Origin: Azolla caroliniana | Lineage: Eukaryota > Plantae > Polypodiophyta | Direction: 5' to 3' | DNA: 64,000 nt | Assembly (NCBI GenBank): GCA_043228905.1 | Contig: JBHGNT010000003.1 | Coordinates: 18,042,001-18,106,000 of the forward strand | In this document: in pieces, positions 12,893 to 22,987 of the stretch | How positions within the stretch are numbered: the first letter of the stretch is position 1 | Layout: every line of letters starts with the position of its first letter | Notes under the pieces: model-generated | What the model saw: the letters and a program-made list of their open reading frames with translations, nothing else | The model's database searches: none | What the model was told of the DNA's origin: nothing | Made by a program: the position numbers and the translations under genes

Positions 12893-13274
12893 GAACTCGA
12901 TACGCCGTATCGAGTTCATATTTTTTTTTTGCTTTTTAAACAGGAACTCGATAGGGCGTATCGAGTTCCTGTTTAAAACCTACACTTTAAACACGAACTC
13001 GATACGACGTGTCAAGTTCATGTTTAAAACCTAAACTTTAAACGAGAACTCGATACGCCGTATCGAGTTCCTATTTAAAAAGCAAAGAAATCACAGGAAC
13101 TCGATACGGCGTATCGAGTTCCCGTTTAAAGTTTAGGTTTTAAACAGGACCTCAATACGGCATATCGAGTTCATGTTTAAAACCTAAACTTTAAACGGGA
13201 ACTCGATACGCCGTATCGAGTTCCTGTTTAAAAAGCAAAGAAATCACAAGAACTTGATACGCCGTATCGAGTTC
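12893..13274. repeat. Array of eight 25-bp palindromes with exact 51-bp period, in intron 1 of the MTase gene
   Basis: GAACTCGATACG-N-CGTATCGAGTTC starts at 12893, 12944, 12995, 13046, 13097, 13148, 13199 and 13250, separated by 26-bp AT-rich spacers of two recurring types. Confidence 0.95.
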
Positions 13275-16031
13275 CTGTATAAAAGAAGGCTCTAGAAGAG
13301 AAAAATTGTGTTTTTGGGGCAACAATTAATTATTGTGTGGAAAAGATATCAAATTGTCTGTCAAAATCAGTCTTTTTTATGTTGACTTCCCTTACTTTTA
13401 AAAAAAATCATGCCCTAATTATAGGTGTTTTATGACCTACTATAGCTTAAAATAGTAGAAAATAACCCACAAATTACCTTTATGATAGCAAATTCTCCTC
13501 AATATAGGTTTGGAATCTATATAAGTTATACCTACTCTTTAAAAGAATATATAACCTTGTTTACTTATTACGATATATATTTTCTAGTTTGAATAGCCCT
13601 GCCTAGAATAGAGTTTTGAATATAGGACTACCATGTACTCTGAATGCATGATTGATATTTTCACTTCACCACTAATCGCCTGCTAGTGAGAACTATTCTT
13701 CATCTTCATATTTATATTTTAATATACAACCTTAATCTACGTGACCACCTAACTTATGTTTTTGCATATACTTTCTTAAATAGGTCGTTTGAGAACTTGT
13801 CGGATCGACCCGTGAAGAAAATAAAGCTTCGCATACAGGGTTCTCCAATCGAAGCCCAGACCAAGGTAGCTCCTGAGACCATGAAGAGAGGAAAAAAGCT
13901 TCTCTTCAACGAGGAGACAAAATCTCAGCCACACATTGACGTTAGCCAAAAGAAACTTATCGCCGCTACTGGAGGTGAAGACCTTCCTGACCGTGATCTA
14001 ACAGACAAGGAATGGTGTATGCAATATGTCGACTCAAAGAAAAAAGTCGTATTGTATACAACAAAGAAGAAGGGGGAGGGGCAGCTTGGAAAGGAAACCC
14101 CATTTATGTATGGCCGTATTCTACGATTTGACTATGAAGATGCAAATTCGGCCAACATACTGGTAATGATAGAGTGCTCCAAGGGGGTACGTAAAGTGTT
14201 CCTTTTAGAAGACCTTTTAGTAAAGGAATCTTGTGGGCCAGAAGCGTTCAAAAAAGATCTTGAAAGCTCACAAAACCTTATTGTTACCTTGAGGCCTTAT
14301 ATACAAGGCCATGTAACTCTAAGAGATGAAGTGCCCTCCCCATTGAAGCCACAAAAAGGGTATCCAAAGTTCAGTCAAGACCACCAAAGAAGAAGACAAC
14401 CAAAATGTCGGACACCCATTCAACAAGTGAAAACGAAGAGGAGGACAATAAGGGGACGCCAGGAGCTGAGCTGGCATCGGGTGTTTTGTCATCCGAGCAG
14501 AATAAGATAAGGAGAGAGTTAATGCAACGTAAACTGGTCAGGAAAGGGCAAGTGTTTAATTTGCCTATAACACACATCCATCGGCCCCCTATTGATGAAA
14601 AAACAGGTCGACAACCACTTGAGATTAGAGAGCCACACCGCATGCATGTTCAAAATCTCAAGAAAAAAATGAAAATTAATCCTCATGCCACTGTGGTGCC
14701 TTTTATTGTTATGGTAGATCCTGAAGAATATGAAACCATTGAAGATTTTGATATTAGAAAGCATGATCAATATAATTACTTTGTCATTGGTGGATCGCAT
14801 TCAGCAGAGGCACGTCGGAAACTTGTGAGAGAACATCCAACGACTTTCTTCTTCAAGTATGCGGAGTGCAAAATTTATGTTGGGCTCACAACCGAAGAGG
14901 CTAAGCTGTTGGCATGGGACCATAATAATGATAATGACTATAGGCAGAAAATGTTGTCCATTGAGCGTATACAGTTCTTCCACCACGAGTATTTAGACGT
15001 GAAACAAAAGTTTGGTGTGAAGTTACATCCAGGCCTACGACGTCAATGTTTGCATGAAGTCGGCATTGTTGTAGATGATAATGTTAAGTCTGATGGTCTT
15101 CGAAAATATGAGTCTTGGTTTCAATTGGCGTTTAGAGATGGAGAAGTATGGAACCTACAAGATCAAATCTTCTCAATGTGGGAGAATAAGGAGGTAAAGG
15201 GTCAACGACAAAAGAAATGTAAGGTTGACCCTCAACTAGAGTTAAAGTCACAAGCCGCCAAGAAAATTGACTTGACAATTGAAGAAGCGGCAGATGACAT
15301 GAAGTTGTCTCTGTGGAGAGCGACGCAAGGTATTAAGGACGAGCAGATTCTTGTGTCTGTTTTGTCAAGGGTTGTGGCGAAAGATTTAAGCCTTGAAGAA
15401 ATGGTCACTGAGTTCAATAAGTAAGTCTTTCAAATACTGAAATTGTAGTCTATCTGGTGTAATTCAAAGTTCTAATCTTGATTTCTAATTTTACAGTCAT
15501 AAGGTGTACATGAAGATCCAAGAAGTTATGATGAAACAACTTGGATGTATAACTTGGGAACAAGTGACCGAGGATTATCCTCTAACGTCTTCATATAAGG
15601 CATTATGAGAGTATTTTATTGCATTCAAGGATTGGGTTAGTATTGATGGTTTTTCATTACCCTTTCATCATATGTAGAGCTTGTATAATAATACCTGATG
15701 TCCTATTGCTTCTATTAGAAACCGTGTCGAGGCAAGAAACAAGGAGAAGTTAAGGATATACACGATTTCCCTACATCCTTCCTTGCACATCTCGAGCGAG
15801 CCAGAAAAGAAAAGGATCGTCGCTTAGTCAAGGTGTATGAAATGAAGGAAGATGGCTCCTTTAAAAAATTTAGCCACAAAAAAGATATTACGAGAGATCT
15901 TTACTACAATGTGGTTTGCGGTGATGTCGTCGACTTGATCCAAAAGGTGCCAAAGAAGGAATATACGCTAATGATTGCGGATATTCCTTACGGATTTCGA
16001 ATGGCTAGGTCATCATACGACGATGAACCGT

Positions 16032-19000
16032 TGTCGTGAAGAAAATCGGCCATAGGCGGATTCGGAGAGAAAGGCACGTGAACCGGCTCTTACACGGATG
16101 GACGCGTAACTTGATATTTTGTACCCGATTCATAAACGGATCGGTGGGTGAAATACGAGGCGGCACACATTTATCAGGGGATTGTGCGTATCTCTGTCAG
16201 AAGGAGGGGAGGACAGGGAATAAAAAGGGACTTGACAAGAGAAGAAAAGGGCATCGCACGCGAGGAGGAAGAGGGAGGTTGCTGCAGAACGGAAGGAGGG
16301 AGCTCTCTCTCTTGGACGGGGAATCGTCGCTCTCTACGGGTGTTGGGAGGTCGTTGCCTCTGCTTCATGGACAGCCCGTGTGCTTCCAGTAGAGTCGCTC
16401 CCCTTCCCCTTTTGTTTCTTGGAGTCGGTGACTATCGTCGGTGTGCGTGGGTAGGGTCCTCGTGTCGGGCCCGTCGCCGCTTTGTCGATTGTAACTGTCG
16501 GAGTTTGTAATCTCTGTCATTATAATTAAGTGTTGCGTTCTATTTCTCACCTCCTCGCTTCTACGTGTCGGTGAATCTTTCTCTCTCGCTCCTCGGTCCA
16601 AGACCCCCGTGGTCCCGCCCCTTTTCTACACGTACGCGCGTAACAACGCAACATCTTTGGTGAACCCGACGTGAACAGGGCGGCAAAGGAGTCGAAAGAT
16701 GAGAGGATCAGAGCTAGCAGAGGCAATGGCAGTGGCCGTCGACCGGCTCGTGAGCGCTGGTGAGGGAACGGGTACCCTCGACAGAGCCATTGAATCGATC
16801 GTCGGCTCTATAGGCCGTTTTGGAGGGAAAGACACCACAAGTTATTTGGAGGCTTACCGGGCCGAAATGATCATGAGGGATATCCCGGTGGACAGGCGGT
16901 TGTCCGGATTCCCTTGGGTGGTGACACCGGGCATCCATGCGGAGGTGCTCGAGGTGTTGGCCGGATGCCAGACTTGAGAGGAGTTCGAGTTGCAGCTCCT
17001 CGAGAAGTACGGGTTTGACGACTCGCTCCGGTTGTCGAGGCGGGACTTCATGGCGTGGGGGGAAAGCCCCGGAAAAGGGAGGAACACGTCGGTGCTCCTC
17101 CAGGAGTTCGAAAAACGGTTCGCGCGGCTGTCGATGCTGGACTGGACAGTCCTCGAAACGAATCGAGTGCTGCTATTTGTCAAGTCGGTGGATGCGCTCG
17201 ATAGGGAAAAGGTGGGTCCCCTACTGGAAACGGACGAAGGGCTCACGACGGATTGGGCCGTGGTAAAACAGGTCAGCAGCCGTTTCGACAAACGGCGCGA
17301 TTGGAGCGACGGAAGCGTGTTGGGGTCAGGGCCGGTCCTGGGGAGGAGGCTCGAGGAGCCGGTTTCGGTGCCGGATGGGAGGAAGGAAGAGACCCGAATC
17401 TGGCCGGAGTTGGGGTTGGCATCAAACGACGTGGTCAGAGGCCCGTCCGGAGGAGCGGCTCTGGAGGAACTAACACAGATGGCGCGAGACCTGCAGATCG
17501 CAAAGGCCCGAAGAGACAGCGGTGAACAACCTCGCGACCGGAGGCCGCCGGCTGGGCAGCGGTGCATGTGATGTGACGCGATCGGTCACATTCGGAAGGA
17601 TTGCGCGGACTTCGCCGACGCGCTCAGGACCAACGTGGTGTACCTCTGGAATGGGTGCACGCGAGCGAGACCCGGAGAGCCCTGGAACTAAATACGGGGC
17701 GTGGCGACATGAAGAGGTTGATGGAAGTGGCCGTGGCACGGCACGTCGAAGCCGTTAACTACTCAGTCTTGGCGGGAATTCAGGTCGGGGGTGATGAGAC
17801 CCGGAAGGCGAAGGACTCCGGATTCTGGCCGCTAATGCTAGAAGGCCTCTCTAGAGTTCGGCTGAGAAGGGAAGAGGCGGACCCCGCGGAACAGCGGGTC
17901 CAGGAAGTCACCGGTTGGGACGATCCGGTGGAAGAGAAAACGGGCTTCGTAGAAGCCACTTGCCAGAACTATGAGGTTCTAGTGGAGGAAAAACGGGCAG
18001 GAAAGGCCGGAGGAGTCGGGGCCCCGAGGTATGAGACCCGGTTCGGGCCGAAACCGACCGGTGCCTGCAACCCAGGCATGCCTGATAGGAAGAAGCAGGC
18101 GGGGTTTCGGTTGAGCACCGAAATCGAGAGAGCAACGGACCTATGGAAGGTCCTTGAAGAGCGAATCCTCGACAGTAAAGTGGAGCTGTTGTTGCGGGAG
18201 GTGTTGGGGATCGCCAAGAGGGAGTTCCACGACTCTATCGTAGACTTGGTGAAGCGTAAGAGGCTCTCGACGGAGCCGGAACCGGAGAAGCCGGTGGAGG
18301 TGCGGACCACGCACCTGGAAGACGAGCTGGCGGGAAGCCACTACACGAAGCCGCATTGGGCCAAGGCAACAACGGAAACCCCTGTACGGATCGGCAACGT
18401 TCTGGAACTAGTGGTGGCGTTGGTAGACCATGGATCCGAAATCAACCTGATGTCCATGGATTTCTACAAGAAGGGTAAATGGCCGATCAACACCAAGCAT
18501 GGCTGGAAGATACGGGCAACGACGCGCACCACGGAAGAACTACATGGGGCCTGTCCGAACGTACGGGTGAAAATCGGCGATGTCGAGATCGACCAACACT
18601 TCTTCATACAGGAGACGTCCTCGCATCCGGTTATACTAGGAGAGCCATATATCACGGCGGCATGGTTGGAGACCAAGGTGCTGGACAACGGTTCAGCCTA
18701 TGCAAGAGTCAAAAGCCAGGACGGGCACCACTCGGTCCAGTTCCTAACGGTGAGACCAAACCACGAGCGTAACCGCGAGACCCTTGGCAGCGAAGCCCGA
18801 GGGGATTTTTAGAGAGGGCTATCAAGGCGTGGGGCCGCGATAGTCCGAACTCCCGGGAACCACCCCACAAATGTACAATACAGAAGAAGACTTATACCAT
18901 GGGTAGGAAGTTTTGGTTCTCTGACAACGGAGGTTGTACTATAACCAGCGTCAGCGGCCGGGAGAGGAAGCGAGCGGAGGAGCGGCTCAAGGGATGCAGA

Positions 19001-22000
19001 GTCCTCTTCCCCGACGAAGACATCAGTGGCGCCGTGGAGGCGGTCTCTTTTGACGACACCTTGGGCGAACTACAAAAGGTGATCGATGAAGACCTTAGAG
19101 AAGATTGGACCGTTCCGGTAGGATCGATGGGAATGTACGAAGTCATCGCAGACTTCGGGGAAAGGATCGGGTCGGATCGGACGGCCCGCGTGGATACGAA
19201 ATACAAGATGGTGGACCGGAAGGTGAGGCCAGTCGTGGCACCCTTGCCGGAGGGCAGCGAGGAGCGGATGAAAGGGGTCGCGTCGGACCCAAGTTTACGG
19301 AATCCGGCTGGCATAGGGCACCGGTTCACCGACATAACGCTACGAGAGCTCAAGGTTGGTGGGGGCGGCTTCCTACTGCCGGCGGAGGAGGACCGGTTTC
19401 GGAGAATGCTCGGAAGGCAGGGGAAGGCTTTCGCATTCTCACCGGAGGAGATCGGGTGCGTAGACTTGACAGTTGTCGAACCGATGGTGATCTTCACGGT
19501 ACCGCATGTACCGTGGAATCTCAAGCCGATTCCGGTGCTAAGAGCTCACATCCCGAAGTTGATGGAGCTCCTAAAGGAAAAGATGGAGATGGGCATCCTC
19601 GAACCGTCGAGTGCCCCGTATTTAAATCGGTGGTTTACGGTGCCGAAGAAGAACGGCACGTTGCGCTTCATCCAGGACCTACAACCGGTCAACAAGGTGA
19701 CCATCCGTAATGCAGGGATCGGACCGACCATAGACGAGTTCGCAGAGGCCTTCGCTGGAAGGTCGATCTATTCTGTCAGTGATCTGTACTCGGGGTACGA
19801 TCAGTTCCAACTAGCCCTGGAGAGCAGAGACATTACGACGATGCGGACTCCTCTCGGCCTAGTGCGGATGTGTACCCTGCCACAAGGAGGGACGAACTCA
19901 GTGGCTCACATGGTGAACGCGATGAACAAAGTGCTCAGGGATTGTATCCCGGACATCACCATGCCGTTCTTAGATGACATCCCGATCAAGGGATGCCCGA
20001 TGGAGAAAAGGGACGAGGCAATCGGGCCGGACGGATGTCGGAATTTCGTGGCGTCCCACATCGATGACTGCGAGAAGGTGCTGCAGAGACTAGAGCGCGC
20101 GAGGCTCACCTTCTCCGGGGAAAAGTCGGCCTTTGGACAGTCAGAGATCTTGGTGGTCGGACACCTGTGCGGGCCTTACGGTAGGAAACCGTCTCCGGCA
20201 AAAGTAGAGACCATCTCCGCGATGAGGAATGTTTGCGGGTCGGTCACGGAGGTCCGCAGATTCTTGGGGGCATGCGCGTTCTACCACATCTGGATCCCGC
20301 ACTACGCACATGTCGCGGAACCCCTCTACGAACTATTGAAAAAGGCACATAGCTTTGAGTGGAGGACGGAGCACACGGAGTCGGTTCGGAGACTAAAAGA
20401 GGCGCTTACGGCAGCGCCGGCTCTCCGCAGAGCGGTTTACGGCAAGGATTTTCCCATCTGCGTAACAGTGGACACCAGCCCGACCAGGATCGGGTGGGTA
20501 ATCAGTCAGGAGGACAAGGGCGGTGTACGATTCCCGATCTGGTTCGGGGCGAAGGTATTGACCGAGCGGCACCGAGGGTACGCCCAAGTTAAGCGCGAAC
20601 TTTGGGGTGTTGTTTCGGCAGTCAAGGCTGACAAGGATTATCTGATCGGGACGGAGGTGATTATCGAGACGAAGTGCCTGCCGATACTCGGCATGGTTTC
20701 CGGATGCGCGACGCCGGACCTAGCAATGCTTCGGTGGATAGCGTACGTTAAGTCCCTGAACCCGGAGATACGGCACATCTCCGGAAAGGACAACGCCATG
20801 GCCGACATGCTTTCGAGGGCAAGGTTCAACGACGAAGACGGCATGGTTTCGGAGGACGAAGAAGTCGGCGAGGACTTCTTCGGGTCTGCTAACGTAACGA
20901 CAAGAAGGAAAGGGAACACTCCGACGCTTAATGAATTTGACGAAAGCGGGTACGACGGCGAGTGGCTCCAAATCGGGAGGTTCTTACGGACGATGACGCC
21001 GGACGCAACATGGGCGAGAGAGGAGGCGAGCCGGATACGGAGGAAGGCATACCGATTCTTCCTGCGGGACGGGTGCATATGGAAACACCCAAAGAAGAGA
21101 AGCGACATCCCGCTCCGAGTAGTAGCGAAGAAAGAAGAACAGGGGAAACTATTGGCGGCATTCCACGAGAGCCCATGGGCCGGACACCGCAGAACGTGGG
21201 CCACGTTCGAGAAGCTTAAGGAGAAGTACTGGTGGCCAGGGCTATACCAGGACGTGCACCAGTTCGTAACGACCTGCGAAAGCTGTCAGGTGCACTCCGT
21301 AGTCCGACGCCGGGACGAGCTACACCCGACCTACCCGCCTACGGTCCATTTCAAGTGGATGGTGGACTTGGTGACGATGCCGATGGGGGTAGGACAGATG
21401 CGATACCTGGTGCTTGCACGGGAGGACTTAACAAACCAGGTGGAAGGTCGTGCATTGCAAAGCAAGACAACCACGGCGGTATGCCAGTTCCTGATCGAAG
21501 AAGTAGTGTGTCGGTACGGGTGCGTCGGGAGGATCGTGGCGGACTGGGGAGAGCTGGATGCGTGGGAAGCTGAGGAGCTATTCGACCGGCTAAGCGTCAA
21601 ACTCTCCCTCACTACGGCATACAATCCGGAGGCGAACAAAAAGGTAGAACGTGGGCATGGGCCTATCGTAAAAGCGTTGGTGTGTGCATGCGGAGGGCAT
21701 GTCGGGAATTGGTCGCGGCTCCTTCCTTACGCGCTATGGGCGGACCGGACTACACACAGTTCGGTAACAAAGTTTATGCCGGCAGAGCTGATGTACGGAC
21801 AGAAGCCGATCATGCCGGTGGAACGGACGGTTTCTTCATGGGCGACAGTGGATTGGAAGGACAAAATGAGCCGGGAGGAGTTGCTGGCGGTGCGGATCCG
21901 ACAACTCGAGCGGAGGCCGGAGGACGTGATACAGGTGAAGGAAAAGTTGCGAGCGGCAAGGGAGCGGAATAAGACACGGTTCAACCGGACACACCGGTAG

Positions 22001-22987
22001 CAACCAAAGAAGATCGAGGAAGGCGACTAGGTCTTGGTATACGACAGCAGCCTCGACAATCAGCACAAGGCGGTGCGAAAGTTTGCCAGGAGGTGGTTCG
22101 GGCCCTACATGGTAAAGAGCGCAAACGACAACGGCACGTACCACCTCGCGGCACTCGACGGGACACGGTTAGCGGTGCCGATGGCCGGGAAGCGGATCAA
22201 AGCGTTCAAAAAGCGGTTCGAAGACGAGCCGGAGCCTGCGAGCGGGAGTGACAGCGACGATCAGTTCGGGCCCGGCGGAGAATCGGAGAGCAACGAGTGA
22301 GGCCGGTTTTCTTCGGTATCTACCTGTCTCTGGCGCATGCCGGTGGATGTCGTGAAGAAAATCGGCCATAGGCGGATTCGGAGAGAAAGACGCGTGAACC
22401 GGCTCTTACACGAATGGACGTGTAACTTGATATTTTGTACCCGATTCATAAACGGATCGGTGGGTGAAATACGAGGCGGCACGCATTTATCAGGGGATTG
22501 TGCGTATCTCTGTCAGACGGAGGGGAGGACAGGGAATAAAAAGGGACTTGACAAGAGAAGAAAAGGGCATCGCGCGCGAGGAGGAAGAGGGAGGTTGCTG
22601 CAGAACGGAAGGAGGGAGCTCTCTCTCTTGGACGGGGAATCGTCGATCTCTACGGGTGTCGGGAGGTCGCTGCCTCTGCTTTGTGGACAGCCCATGTGCT
22701 TCCAGCAGAGTCGCTCACCTTCCCCTTTTGTTTCTTGGAGTCGGTGACCGTCGTCGGTGTGCATGGGTAGGGTCCCCGTGTCCGGCCCGTCGCCGCTTTG
22801 TCGGTTGTAACTGTCAGAGTTTGTAATCTTTGTCATTATAATTAAGTGTTGCATTCTGTTTCTCTCTTCCTCGCTTCTACGTGTCGGTGAATCTTTCTCT
22901 CTCTCTGTATCTCTCTCTCTCGCTCCTCGGTCCAAGACCCCCATGGTTCCGCCCCTTTTCTACACGTACGCGCGTAACAACGCGACA
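16032..22987 (+). mobile_element. Full-length Ty3/Gypsy LTR retrotransposon, tRNA-Trp primed
   Basis: LTRs 16032-16653 and 22348-22987 (TGTCG...CA). PBS TGGTGAACCCGACGTGA at 16658. 4-bp TSD CCGT/CCAT. Gag with CxxCxxxxHxxxxC (stops at 16975 and 17569), protease LVDHGSEINLM, then RT-RNaseH-integrase. Confidence 0.95.
18899..22300 (+). CDS. Gypsy Pol (RT, RNaseH, integrase with GPY/F motif); late in-frame stops at ~21998 and ~22028
   Basis: 1033-aa ORF with LPQG, FLDD, VDTS...KREL, an HHCC zinc finger and integrase core. The same frame continues with WFGPY at 22034-22300. Confidence 0.9.

Noticed and set aside
12893-13274. CRISPR array
   Set aside because: The repeat-spacer geometry is CRISPR-like, but the spacers are re-used (two types, both orientations), no cas genes are present, and the array lies in a eukaryotic intron.
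16036-16510. ORFs duplicated at 22337-22826
   Set aside because: They lie within the two Gypsy LTRs; the duplication reflects the LTRs.
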